Source of the DNA: Candidatus Sherwoodlollariibacterium unditelluris | GTDB lineage: Bacteria; Omnitrophota; Gorgyraeia; Gygaellales; Profunditerraquicolaceae | Assembly: GCA_002771995.1 (NCBI GenBank) | Contig: PCRK01000006.1 | Coordinates: 6,687 to 53,270 of the forward strand | DNA length: 46,584 nt | Direction of reading: 5' to 3' | In this document: in pieces, positions 7,649 to 17,411 of the stretch | How positions within the stretch are numbered: position 1 is the stretch's first letter | How the letters are laid out: the number at the start of each line of letters is the position of its first letter | Translations under genes and position numbers: made by a program | Notes under the pieces: model-generated | Database searches by the model: none | Told to the model about the DNA's origin: nothing | What the model saw: the letters and a program-made list of their open reading frames with translations, nothing else

Positions 7649-9592
7649 TCATAATATCTTTTCTAGCGCCTCACTAACTAAATAATTATCTCTTAGGGAA
7701 TGCGCGGCTGGCTTAGCGCGCCAAACTGCTTCAACCGTTTTGCTTAAATTAGCGCTTTCAGTCAAATATATATATTTCTTCTTGACAAAATACCTTAAGA
7801 AACGCTGATGTTTAATGCTTAGGCCGGGGGCCTTAAAGACAAAAACATATTTCTTGCTATTCACTGCCTCAGAAATCATGGATATGCTCTCAGGAGAAGA
7901 AATAATAATACTGCTTAGGCCCAATATTCCACCGATGGCAGTCGGGATATTTTCTTCGTTAGCGATAATCAAAACCTTGAGACGGGGATAATCTTTAAAT
8001 TCCCGTTTAATCATTGCCTCTACCTCTAAAGATGTGCGCCGCGAAGTAGTAATCAAAATACCGGCGTCTATTTTATCAGCTAAAGACTTTACTTCTCTTG
8101 CAACATCAAGCATAAACTTAGGGGAAAGGGAAAATTTTTTACTCTCCCCCCCTATTAACAATCCTATATATAACCCTTGCTTATTCAAACCTTTAAAACT
8201 TATAAGCCTTGCTGATTCTTCCGCCAGATATTTTTCGTCTATAAGATTAAGCGCGCCTTCAATCGCGAGGAGATTCTTTCTCCTTAAGGGGCGATCGTGC
8301 CGCGGCATAATCACCAGGTTAAACCTATGCGTGCTTAATATAGAGGGGCGCAGGATTGCAACGGATACGCTTAAATTCTCCCGGGAGAGGACGAAATTCA
8401 CCCCCGCGACTGAAGAACCGGCCGAGATAATTATATCGGGTTTAAGGCTCGCTAATATTCTATAAGTATCTTCGGTTAAAAATTTCTTTAGGCACCCAAG
8501 ACAACCCTGGCAATGGTATTTTCCCGATAATGTAACGCAGATATTAAAGAAAAACCTGGCAGGCTTACTCTTAAATTTCACCTCTACGACATTAATTTTG
8601 GCAATTATATCTTTAGTGCTTAACAAGCCCCGCGCTATTTTCGCTACCGCCTCTGACTGACGCAGATGCCCGGCCTTTCCGTCGCTTAATATAACTATCT
8701 CTCTTTGGCCGGAATATTTGAAGATTTTATAAGTCCAAAGGTATTCTCTGGGATATTTACGAATAAAACCTTCAAAAAAAGAAACAGCCTTACGAAGATT
8801 ATCCCTTATATCCTGTTCTTCATCATCAGTCCTGCTTACTGTAAGCTGTTTTCCCACCCATATCTTTATTTTTGGCCCCCGGACCCTGGTAAAGAATACC
8901 GGGATTAATGCCGCATCATATTTCAACGCTAACTTTATCGCTCCTGTAGGCATAGAAGCAGGACGGCCGAAAAAATCAACCAATATCCCCATTCTACCGC
9001 CCTGGTCCACAGTGATGCCTATGGCTTGATTATTCTTTAAAGAACCGACTAATTCCCTTAAGCCGCCGGCGCGGGTGATTATCTTACAACCCTTATTCTC
9101 ACGGTAACTATTAAGCAGCTGATTCAGGCGGGGAAGCCTTTGGTCTTTGACAAAGACGGCAAAAGGAAAACCTAATCTTGCGCATATAATATTGGAGAAT
9201 TCCCAGCTTCCGGCGTGGACGCTGGCAAGGATTACGCCTTTACTATTCTTAAAAGCCTCCCAGACATTCTCCTCACCCTCAATCTCTATGTATTTATCCA
9301 TATATTTTTTGTCGACTAAAGGGATGAGGAATACTTCAATTATACTCTGGCCAAATGACTGATAGAATTCCCGGGTCAGCTTAGATAAAACAAGAGGGGA
9401 TAAACTGCCGCCCATTGCGGCCTTAATATTAACGTAGGCCCTTGCTTTATGCTTAAGGTCAAAATAATAAAGGCAATCTCCCAGGCGCCTGCCTAAGAAG
9501 AAACTTACCTCAACCGGTAAAATCCTCAAAACCGGGCCGATGGTCTTAAAAAGAATACAACCTAAATAATCTAGCCAAAAGAAGTTCTTCAT
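7649..9592 (-). CDS. Fusion of a lipid A late acyltransferase-like domain (LpxL/HtrB family) with an ELM1/DUF1022-like C-terminal domain
   Basis: The N-terminal ~290 aa resemble lysophospholipid/lipid A acyltransferases (ASVHAGSWE region). The C-terminal part begins SDGKAGHLRQSEAV, typical of the ELM1 family. Confidence 0.75.
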   Translation of the reverse strand: MKNFFWLDYLGCILFKTIGPVLRILPVEVSFFLGRRLGDCLYYFDLKHKARAYVNIKAAMGGSLSPLVLSKLTREFYQSFGQSIIEVFLIPLVDKKYMDKYIEIEGEENVWEAFKNSKGVILASVHAGSWEFSNIICARLGFPFAVFVKDQRLPRLNQLLNSYRENKGCKIITRAGGLRELVGSLKNNQAIGITVDQGGRMGILVDFFGRPASMPTGAIKLALKYDAALIPVFFTRVRGPKIKIWVGKQLTVSRTDDEEQDIRDNLRKAVSFFEGFIRKYPREYLWTYKIFKYSGQREIVILSDGKAGHLRQSEAVAKIARGLLSTKDIIAKINVVEVKFKSKPARFFFNICVTLSGKYHCQGCLGCLKKFLTEDTYRILASLKPDIIISAGSSVAGVNFVLSRENLSVSVAILRPSILSTHRFNLVIMPRHDRPLRRKNLLAIEGALNLIDEKYLAEESARLISFKGLNKQGLYIGLLIGGESKKFSLSPKFMLDVAREVKSLADKIDAGILITTSRRTSLEVEAMIKREFKDYPRLKVLIIANEENIPTAIGGILGLSSIIISSPESISMISEAVNSKKYVFVFKAPGLSIKHQRFLRYFVKKKYIYLTESANLSKTVEAVWRAKPAAHSLRDNYLVSEALEKIL

Positions 9593-10595
9593 TTTTTACG
9601 ATCTTTAGCTCTACGCGTAAAACCAGAAGTTTTAGATTGCCAAAAATACCGAGCGTTTCATTTGAGAACCTGGCGGCGTCTTTCTCGGTAGTAACTATTA
9701 TATTTAACCCTTCCTTGCTAACCTTTCTAACGATTGCCTCAAGTTCCTCTAAAGTATAATTATGGTGGTCGCTAAACCTTAAATCCAAACCGACTTTTAT
9801 ATCTAAGCTTAAAATAAGCTTAAGGAATGAATCCGGATCTCCTATCCCGGAGAACAAGGCAATCTTTTTACCTTTAAGATAACTCAGATTCAGCAACTCT
9901 CCGGGTTTCTTGATATCGTAAAACCCGGTTGGGTTATGTATAGACTCAACAATTAACCCCCTATGATTATACTTGCTTAAAACAGATTTTGGTTTATTTA
10001 AATCTTTAGTTAAGTTTGTTTTAGTTAAAACAAAAATATCCGCCCCTCGCAGCGAAGACAATGGCTGGCGCAATATGCCCCGCGGGAGCATCTGCCTATT
10101 GCCAAAGGGATTAAGCGCGTCAATAGTGACTATTTCTAAATCTTTCTTAATACCCCACTGCTGCATGCCATCATCCAATATAACCGTATCGGAATTGTAT
10201 TCCCTGATCGCCCTTTTGGCCCCACGGGCCCTGTCTTTATCCACGATAATCGGAACATCTCCCAAATTTCGAGAGAGCATCCTCGGCTCATCGCCCATAT
10301 AATCCTTAGCCTTACGTTTATAACCGCGGGTAAGTATAGCTATCTTATGGCCTCTGGCCAAAAGATAGCGCGCAATAAACTCTACCAAAGAAGTCTTTCC
10401 TGTGCCGCCTACAGTAATATTACCTATACTTATGACCCTTAGGTCAAAGCGCTTTAGGTCAAGAGACGAAATAAAAATTAAAGCGCGGATAATAAGCCCA
10501 TAGGCAAAAGAAAGCAACAAGAGAATAAATTTTATCCCCGAGGCAAAAAAACTTTTATTCTTATCCGTAGCCAGATTGTAAAGATACTGTTTCAT
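9546..10595 (-). CDS. lpxK: Tetraacyldisaccharide 4'-kinase
   Basis: N-terminal TM helix, then the P-loop GNITVGGTGKTS. Size is 349 aa and the context is lipid A genes. Confidence 0.9.
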   Translation of the reverse strand: MKQYLYNLATDKNKSFFASGIKFILLLLSFAYGLIIRALIFISSLDLKRFDLRVISIGNITVGGTGKTSLVEFIARYLLARGHKIAILTRGYKRKAKDYMGDEPRMLSRNLGDVPIIVDKDRARGAKRAIREYNSDTVILDDGMQQWGIKKDLEIVTIDALNPFGNRQMLPRGILRQPLSSLRGADIFVLTKTNLTKDLNKPKSVLSKYNHRGLIVESIHNPTGFYDIKKPGELLNLSYLKGKKIALFSGIGDPDSFLKLILSLDIKVGLDLRFSDHHNYTLEELEAIVRKVSKEGLNIIVTTEKDAARFSNETLGIFGNLKLLVLRVELKIVKNEELLLARLFRLYSF

Positions 10596-10660
10596 ATTAT
10601 TATGATAACATAGCCTAATATAAGAAGCAATATTTTTGTCAGGGGAAGGGGTGTTAAAAC

Positions 10661-11383
10661 CTAATCTGAGGACATAAAAGAGAGGTTTCTTTCAATAAAC
10701 TCTACTAATTTCTGTTGGATATGAGCAGAGATATTCGTAAATTCTACCCCTATTCCGGGATAGGCATGCGGCTGAATCTGCTTATCGGGAATCCAGACTA
10801 CTTTAGCCTCAAGCTCAAGTTTTTCCTGCTTGGGGGGCAGATTCATCTTTAAGATAACCTCGTCGCCAAGCCTGAATTCATTGTCACCAAATATAAAAGC
10901 GCCTACCGCGCTTAAATTAATGAGGTCAAGATTAAGGCAGACCGGCGTTCTCTCGTCTTTGTTGGCCTTTAGCTCTATTTTTATATCAATGGGCAGGCGT
11001 TTAAACCTGCGGCGAAGCTGCATCTTCTCAATATTCTCAATAATCCTGTCTTCTTTAAAACTTCCCAAAGCCGTCTCTTCATCTGCGTATATCTCAATAA
11101 CCTTATCTAATCCGGCGATACGAAGGATATTCATGGCTTGTGCCTGTAGATTGGTAAATTTAACCCTGCCGTGGGCATTAACTATTTCCTTATAAGCAAT
11201 CACGACAACCGAAATACCCATATAATCAATAAAATCAACCTCTTCTAAATTAAGAAGGATATCATTGCAGCCGTCGCGCAGGCATTGAGCCACTGCCTCA
11301 ATCAGATTAGCGCAATCCACGTCAATACGCCCGGATAAATCTAAAATCACAATATTATTCTTCTGCCTTGCTCTAATATCCAT
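10661..11383 (-). CDS. STAS (anti-sigma-factor-antagonist-like) plus PilZ domain protein
   Basis: STAS-like N-terminal domain (ILDLSGRIDV..LEEVDFIDYMGI). The PilZ motifs RRRFKR (RxxxR) and NLSAVG (D/N-h-S-x-x-G) are both intact. Confidence 0.8.
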   Translation of the reverse strand: MDIRARQKNNIVILDLSGRIDVDCANLIEAVAQCLRDGCNDILLNLEEVDFIDYMGISVVVIAYKEIVNAHGRVKFTNLQAQAMNILRIAGLDKVIEIYADEETALGSFKEDRIIENIEKMQLRRRFKRLPIDIKIELKANKDERTPVCLNLDLINLSAVGAFIFGDNEFRLGDEVILKMNLPPKQEKLELEAKVVWIPDKQIQPHAYPGIGVEFTNISAHIQQKLVEFIERNLSFMSSD

Positions 11384-12644
11384 CGGATAATTCTATAAAT
11401 TCCCTCATCAAAGCAACGTTTTTATTAGTCGCTCCCCGGTTATTTAAAATTATCTCCCGGGCATGCTTGACTAATTCTATCGCCTTAGAATGATTACTCA
11501 ATAGCTCACTTACACTAACTACCAATTCCTTTTGAGTATGGACTTGAAGCGCTGCCTGATTATCTAAAAATACCTGCGCAATATCGCGGAAGTTGAACAT
11601 ATACGGCCCAAAAATTACCGGCTTTTCTACGCTGGCAGGCTCCAGAATATTCTGGCCACCCTTCTTAACCAAACTCCCGCCCACAAAGGCAACATCGCAC
11701 AAAGCATAAAATGTAACCAACTCTCCCACTGTGTCTAATATAAATACCACATCATTAGGAGGCATTTCAGGGCTAAGCAAGCTTACTCTTTGCGGCTTAA
11801 ACCCAAAATTCTTAACCAGGTTATACACTTCATACGCCCTTTCCGGATGCCGAGGGGCAAGCAATAGGCGCAGATTGGAAAATTTATTTAATAACTCTCG
11901 GAAGACATTTAATAATACGGCCTCTTCTCCCGGGTGCGTTGAGCCGGCTACAAAAAGACGTTCTCCTTCTTTCAATCCCAGCCTCTTCTTATAATCTGCC
12001 GTATCTAAAGCCTGGGTTAAAGTTTGATCAAATTTCATATTCCCCGTAACCTTTATTTTATCTAAACTAACCCCCAAGGCAATTAATTTAGAACAATCAT
12101 TTTCAGACTGAGCGCAAAAAATATTTATTTTATTTAAAATCGGCTTAAGCAGGCATTTGACAACTGAATAACCCCTGAAAGATCTATCTGAAATCCGGGT
12201 ATTAAGCACAGCAATAGGAATACCGGATTTATAAAGAGCTGTTATAAGGTTTGGCCAGATTTCGGTTTCAGCGATAATAAAAATACAGGGATTTATTTTT
12301 TTAATTACCCTATGCAAAATAAAACTAAGGTCTAATGGCAAGTAAGTAACAAAATCGCCCTCTTTAGCGATTGAGCGGGCAATCTTATTTCCGGTGGGAG
12401 TTACGGTAGAGATTACAAAATTTTTAAGCGGATAACTGCGGCGGAGTTCCTCAATCAACCCGCGCATAGCCATGATTTCCCCTACGCTGACCGCGTGAAT
12501 CCAAATCGGGCTTTTTAAAGTAAAATTTTTAGGAATGAATCCTAAACGTAAAGAAAATCCCCTGTGGAATTTTCCCTTAAATAAATACACCGGCAGGTAA
12601 ACCAGCGCAAAAACCGAAAATATTAAATCATATAATATAACCAT
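11373..12644 (-). CDS. waaA: 3-deoxy-D-manno-octulosonic acid (Kdo) transferase
   Basis: IWIHAVSVGE motif, 423 aa, GT30 architecture, next to lpxK. Confidence 0.9.
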   Translation of the reverse strand: MVILYDLIFSVFALVYLPVYLFKGKFHRGFSLRLGFIPKNFTLKSPIWIHAVSVGEIMAMRGLIEELRRSYPLKNFVISTVTPTGNKIARSIAKEGDFVTYLPLDLSFILHRVIKKINPCIFIIAETEIWPNLITALYKSGIPIAVLNTRISDRSFRGYSVVKCLLKPILNKINIFCAQSENDCSKLIALGVSLDKIKVTGNMKFDQTLTQALDTADYKKRLGLKEGERLFVAGSTHPGEEAVLLNVFRELLNKFSNLRLLLAPRHPERAYEVYNLVKNFGFKPQRVSLLSPEMPPNDVVFILDTVGELVTFYALCDVAFVGGSLVKKGGQNILEPASVEKPVIFGPYMFNFRDIAQVFLDNQAALQVHTQKELVVSVSELLSNHSKAIELVKHAREIILNNRGATNKNVALMREFIELSDGY

Positions 12645-12656
12645 TTTAGTACCTAT

Positions 12657-12684
12657 GGACTATAGACTATTGACTATGGACTAA
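12657..12684. repeat. Four tandem heptamers NGACTAT
   Basis: GGACTAT AGACTAT TGACTAT GGACTAA, in the xerC/D-waaA spacer. Confidence 0.85.
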
Positions 12685-12685
12685 A

Positions 12686-13558
12686 TTACGCGCGGGGATG
12701 CGCCTTATCATAAACACTCTTTAGTCTTTCCGTAGTTAAATGCGTATAAATCTGGGTGGTAGATAAACTGGCGTGTCCCAATAATTCCTGAACCGTGCGT
12801 AAATCTGCTCCGCGATTTAATAAATGTGTAGCAAAAGAATGCCTAAAGGTATGCGGAGAAATCCCCTGATTAATCCCGGCGCTTTTTAAGTATTTCTTTA
12901 CGATATCCCATACGCCGCGCGTAGTAATACGCGAACCATTTTTATTTAAGAAGATAACCTCGCCTTGTTTCTTTCTTTTGTCAAGGTATTTTCTTATAGC
13001 CATAAGCGCTGTATCGCCTATTGGGACTACCCGCTCCTTTTTACCCTTACCCATAACCTTAATTATGCCGCTTATAAAATCAATATCGCTTAAACTTAAA
13101 GCCGTTAATTCAGAGATACGCAAGCCGCTAGAGTAAAAAGTCTCTAAAATCGCTCGGTCGCGTAAACCACGTTCATCTTTATCATCCTTAGCAAATGCCG
13201 ATTCTATTAATTTAGCCACTTCTGTTTCAGTCATAACCGAAGGCAAATGTTTATCTAATTTAGGGCTTGAAAGCATAAGAATAGGATTTATTTTAAGGTA
13301 ATTTTCCCGGGTCAGGAACCTAAAGAAGCTGCGCAGGCTTGAGAGATGACGGCCGATAGTGCGGTTGCCTAAGTTTTTTTCTTTTAATACCGCAAGATAT
13401 TTCCTTAAAAATAAATAATCTATTTTCTCTAAATCAATATCCCCGGTAAACTTCTTAAAGTCTTCTAGATCCAATCTATAATTTAAAATAGTGTGCGCCG
13501 AATAATTCTTTTCAATTTCCAAATAGCGCATAAACTTCTCAATATATTTATCCATCAA
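12686..13558 (-). CDS. Tyrosine recombinase, XerC/XerD family
   Basis: The motifs RHSFATHLL and LLGHASLSTTQIYTH are present, with an N-terminal SAM-like domain. The likely ATG is at 13555; 13558 is a TTG. Confidence 0.9.
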   Translation of the reverse strand: MMDKYIEKFMRYLEIEKNYSAHTILNYRLDLEDFKKFTGDIDLEKIDYLFLRKYLAVLKEKNLGNRTIGRHLSSLRSFFRFLTRENYLKINPILMLSSPKLDKHLPSVMTETEVAKLIESAFAKDDKDERGLRDRAILETFYSSGLRISELTALSLSDIDFISGIIKVMGKGKKERVVPIGDTALMAIRKYLDKRKKQGEVIFLNKNGSRITTRGVWDIVKKYLKSAGINQGISPHTFRHSFATHLLNRGADLRTVQELLGHASLSTTQIYTHLTTERLKSVYDKAHPRA

Positions 13559-15593
13559 TCATCTTTTCCACTTTCCTTGGATTGCCCTGGGTCACCCCAG
13601 GACACCCGTCGGGTGTCCTGGGCACCTCTGGCAAAGTGCGCGAAACAAACCTGCACTTGGGAAAATTCGAGCAACCGTAAAAGAACCCGCGCCGCGAGCG
13701 GCGCTCAATCAGTTCTCCGCCGCAATTAGGTTCTGGACATTTAACCCCTGAGGTGATAGATTTAGAAAACTTACACTCTGGAAAATTTGAACAGCTCAAG
13801 AATTTACCTTTACGGCCCCACTTGATAATCATCTGCTTGCCGCACTTTTCGCAGATTTCCTCTGAAACGATAACTTCTTTTTTAATGTTCTTTTGCGCGA
13901 AATCCAGGCTTTCCTTAAAAGGAGCGTAAAAATCCTGCAAGACCTTCAACTTTGTAAGCCTGCCTTCTTCAATTTCATCCAATTCTTCTTCCATCAGCGC
14001 GGTAAATTTTATATCCACAATTTTAGGAAAATACTCCACTAATAAATCGCAGACTTTAAAACCTAATTCCGTAGGGTTAAAATAACCTTTAATCCGGCGC
14101 GCATAATCGCGCAGAATTAAGGTATAAATTATCGGCGCATAAGTAGAAGGCCTACCTACCCCGTCCTCATCAAGCGCTTTGATCAAAGAGCTATCTGAAT
14201 AACGCGCAGGTGGTTTGGTAAAATGCTGAGAAGGAATAATTTTAAGCAAATCCAGGGCCTCTCCCTCTTTCAATAACGGCATTTTATTTTTCTCTGTCTT
14301 TTCATTACCACTATCGTCCTCGCCATCATTATTCTTATATGCTAAAAGGAATCCTGCAAAGGTAAGCGTGCTACCGGAGGCATTGAATAAATATTTACCT
14401 GCCGCTATACCAACTGAGGTTACTGCGTAAATAGCCGGCTTCATCTGACTGGCCAGAAAACGGTTGTAGATAAGGGTGTATAATTTATGTTGATCGAGGC
14501 TTAAAAAACTCTTTAGGCTTTCCGGGTGGCGGGCAATGAATGTTGGCCGAATCGCCTCATGAGCCTCCTGCGCGAGCTTTTTTGCTTTATAGTAATTAGG
14601 CTTCTCTGGCAGGCAATCCTTCCCGAAACTTAATGATATATAATCGCGCACTTCATTAATCGCCTCGGCGGAAACGCGCGGTGAATCCGTGCGCATATAA
14701 GTAATTAAACTCACGGGGTTATCCTGTCCGATATCAATCCCTTCATAAAGCTGCTGGGCTAAAAACATTGTCTTATTGGCATTGAACTTAAGCTTATTAA
14801 AGGCATCTTGCTGCATAGTGCTGGTGATAAAAGGCGCGCTGGGGTAACGTTTTTTTTCGCTTTTCTTTATCTGCGAAACTATAAACTTCTCAATCTTGGC
14901 TTCCTGACAAACCCTTTCTGCTTCTTCTTTATTTTTTATCTCGGCCTTCTGATTATCTATCTTATCTAATTTCGCAATAAAATTACTCTGGGCTTTTGCT
15001 AATTCCGCTTCAATCTCCCAGTACTCTTTAGGGTTAAAATTCTTAATCTCTCTTTCCCTATCTATTATAAGCCTTAAGGCTGCTGACTGGACGCGGCCGG
15101 CGCTTAAACCGCGGGCGATCTTTTTCCAAAGCAAGGGGCTTAAAAGGTAACCTACAATCCTATCAAGGACTCGGCGGCCTACCTGCGCCTCAATCATCTT
15201 GGCGTCAAAATCCCTTGGTTTCTTAAACGCTTCGTTTACCGCCGCCGGAGTAATCTCGTAAAAAGTAACTCTTAACACATTCTTCATTTTATTAAAAACA
15301 CGCTCTTTTAACTGCCAGCCGATAGCCTCGCCTTCGCGGTCAGGATCAGTAGCCACATAAATAACATCCTTATCTTTAGCCTCTTTCTTAAGGCTGGCCA
15401 AGGCCTTCTGCTTGCCCGGTATTATTACATATTCAGGCTCAAAACCTTTCTCGATATTAACCCCTAACTTCTTCTGAGGCAAATCAATAATATGCCCCAT
15501 GGAAGAAACCACGCTAAAATTATCGCCTAATATTTTGCTAATGGTCTTAGCCTTAGTCGGCGACTCCACAATTACCAAATTCTTCTTTTTCAC
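13548..15593 (-). CDS. topA: DNA topoisomerase I
   Basis: Toprim domain LVIVESPTKAKTI and C-terminal Zn ribbons (CEKCGK.., CPEPNCGG..). The last ~26 codons are encoded by a GC-rich palindrome. The GTG start is supplied by the junction element. Confidence 0.95.
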   Translation of the reverse strand: MKKKNLVIVESPTKAKTISKILGDNFSVVSSMGHIIDLPQKKLGVNIEKGFEPEYVIIPGKQKALASLKKEAKDKDVIYVATDPDREGEAIGWQLKERVFNKMKNVLRVTFYEITPAAVNEAFKKPRDFDAKMIEAQVGRRVLDRIVGYLLSPLLWKKIARGLSAGRVQSAALRLIIDREREIKNFNPKEYWEIEAELAKAQSNFIAKLDKIDNQKAEIKNKEEAERVCQEAKIEKFIVSQIKKSEKKRYPSAPFITSTMQQDAFNKLKFNANKTMFLAQQLYEGIDIGQDNPVSLITYMRTDSPRVSAEAINEVRDYISLSFGKDCLPEKPNYYKAKKLAQEAHEAIRPTFIARHPESLKSFLSLDQHKLYTLIYNRFLASQMKPAIYAVTSVGIAAGKYLFNASGSTLTFAGFLLAYKNNDGEDDSGNEKTEKNKMPLLKEGEALDLLKIIPSQHFTKPPARYSDSSLIKALDEDGVGRPSTYAPIIYTLILRDYARRIKGYFNPTELGFKVCDLLVEYFPKIVDIKFTALMEEELDEIEEGRLTKLKVLQDFYAPFKESLDFAQKNIKKEVIVSEEICEKCGKQMIIKWGRKGKFLSCSNFPECKFSKSITSGVKCPEPNCGGELIERRSRRGFFYGCSNFPKCRFVSRTLPEVPRTPDGCPGVTQGNPRKVEKMIDG

Positions 15594-15665
15594 CCCGCAC
15601 CTTCTTTTTTATTCATACCCCCACCTTCTTTTTTTGAAAACTTTGAATTCTTAGAAGGTGCGGGG
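15593..15665 (-). mobile_element. Stop/start junction element copy 3
   Basis: Same inverted ends. Flanking TTCA at 15589-92 and 15666-69. The old ATG of topA is retained at the distal flank (GATGAA). Confidence 0.7.
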
Positions 15666-15671
15666 TTCATC

Positions 15672-16769
15672 CTAACTCCTGACAAATTGTTTTCCCGGAA
15701 TCTCCCTGATTAATTTTTTTAGCTGCAGGTTTAAAAGTATCTGCGAGACTCGGGAGATATTGATATCTACCTTTTCAACAAGATCATCTAACTGCAGGGG
15801 ATCTTGAGGGATAAGATTATATAAAAGTAATTCTTCGCCGGCTAAATCGTGCCTGGTAATACTCTCTTTTTCCGGTTCTATTTTTGCATTTTTTGTATTT
15901 AGGGAGAGATTAAATTCCTCCAGAATATCCTCGGCGCAAGAGACCAGCTTTGCCCCTTGCTTAATCAAGCCATTAGTGCCAAAAGAAGTCTTGGAATCAA
16001 CTTTTCCGGGAAGACTAAACACATCTCTACCTTGCTCAAGAGCGAAATCCGCAGTGATCAGCGCGCCGCTATTTCTAGCAGCCTCAACTACCAATACACC
16101 TAAACTTAGACCACTGATTACACGGTTGCGCTGCGGAAAATTCTGCGGCAAAGGTTTTGCATCACAAGGAAATTCGGAAATCACTGCTCCGTTCTTCGCA
16201 GTCTCCTCGGCTAATTTTTTATTTTCCGGCGGATATATATGGTTAAAACCGCTGCCCATTATGGCAATGGTGCGGCCACCGGCTTTCAAAGCTCCGCGGT
16301 GGGCATAAGTATCAATGCCGCGCGCCATACCCGAGACAATCGTAAAACCTTTTTCGGATAACTCGTAAGCAAACTTTTCCGCAGAACTTAATCCATAATA
16401 GGAAGCCCGGCGGCTACCGACAATCGCCATGCTCAATTTATCTTCTGTTTTCAACTCTCCTTTAACATAAAGCACTATCGGGGGATCATAGATATTTTTT
16501 AAATTCTCTGGATAACCTGCGTCATCCTGCGTAATAATTTTTAAACCTAATTTTTTAGCTAATGCTAACTCTCTATCTAAATCCTCTCTCTTAAAAGAAG
16601 TTATTTGTTGCGCAATCTTCTCTCCAATTCCTGAAACCGCCATTAACTTCTCCGACGAATCCTTTAAGACATTCTCCGGATTGCCAAAATATTTAAGCAG
16701 TCTACTGAGACGAATACTGCCAATCTCACCAACCATATTTAAGCTAATTAAGGCTTCAAATTTAGTCAT
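15672..16769 (-). CDS. dprA: DNA processing protein DprA
   Basis: Rossmann-like core with SGMARGIDTYAHRGAL, and a C-terminal winged-helix-like tail. Confidence 0.9.
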   Translation of the reverse strand: MTKFEALISLNMVGEIGSIRLSRLLKYFGNPENVLKDSSEKLMAVSGIGEKIAQQITSFKREDLDRELALAKKLGLKIITQDDAGYPENLKNIYDPPIVLYVKGELKTEDKLSMAIVGSRRASYYGLSSAEKFAYELSEKGFTIVSGMARGIDTYAHRGALKAGGRTIAIMGSGFNHIYPPENKKLAEETAKNGAVISEFPCDAKPLPQNFPQRNRVISGLSLGVLVVEAARNSGALITADFALEQGRDVFSLPGKVDSKTSFGTNGLIKQGAKLVSCAEDILEEFNLSLNTKNAKIEPEKESITRHDLAGEELLLYNLIPQDPLQLDDLVEKVDINISRVSQILLNLQLKKLIREIPGKQFVRS

Positions 16770-16886
16770 TTTTTATCCATTCATCACATCTTCTTAGCGT
16801 GTGTCTTGTCTTGTTTCTCTCCGCATCGCTCGCATTTCCCCAACGAGGAAATACCCAAGACAGGACCCGTTACCCATTAAAACTTT

Positions 16887-17411
16887 CTATTTCTTACTTA
16901 ACTTACTCTTTTTGCTGGTGACCTTGATGATTTTTTCTACCACCTGTCCCACCGACAACTTCGAGGTATCAATCGTCTTATCTGCCTTAGCATAATACGG
17001 CGCGCGCAGCTTAAGCAAAAGCTCTATTCTTTCTTTGGGATTCGGCACGTTCAGCAACGGACGCTTGGCTGTCCCGGATACTCTCTTTAGGATAACTTCC
17101 GGCTTGGCAGTCAGGCAAATAATTTCCCCCGTTGTCTTCATTAGCTTAATATTATCTTCGTCAAGCACAACCCCCCCGCCGCAGGCAACCACGAATCCTT
17201 TTTCCTTCGCGACTTCCTTTAAGACCCTTCTTTCTATCCTGCGAAACCAAAGTTCGCCTTTGCGGCCGAAGATATCAGAAATAGTCATTCTTTCCTTTAA
17301 TTCAACGAGTTCATCCAAATCCGCAAACCGCCAATTCTTAATTTTGGCCAATTCCTGACCCACTGCGGTCTTTCCTGTACCCATGAAACCCACCAGATAA
17401 ATGTTGTTCAT
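16887..17411 (-). CDS. aroK: Shikimate kinase
   Basis: P-loop GFMGTGKT and the CGGGVV motif. Size is 174 aa. Confidence 0.9.
   Translation of the reverse strand: MNNIYLVGFMGTGKTAVGQELAKIKNWRFADLDELVELKERMTISDIFGRKGELWFRRIERRVLKEVAKEKGFVVACGGGVVLDEDNIKLMKTTGEIICLTAKPEVILKRVSGTAKRPLLNVPNPKERIELLLKLRAPYYAKADKTIDTSKLSVGQVVEKIIKVTSKKSKLSKK

Noticed and set aside
7575-7651. Mini-ORFs starting at the retained ATG of the junction elements. Copies 2 and 3 give MNPAPSK...EGAG*, spanning the whole element and ending in a TGA that overlaps the new GTG.
   Set aside because: Only 2 of 5 copies keep the frame open across the element. The others stop after 11, 16 or 31 codons. The shared N- and C-terminal residues simply reflect the inverted repeat. 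They are likely translated passively and may help coupling, but I do not call them genes.
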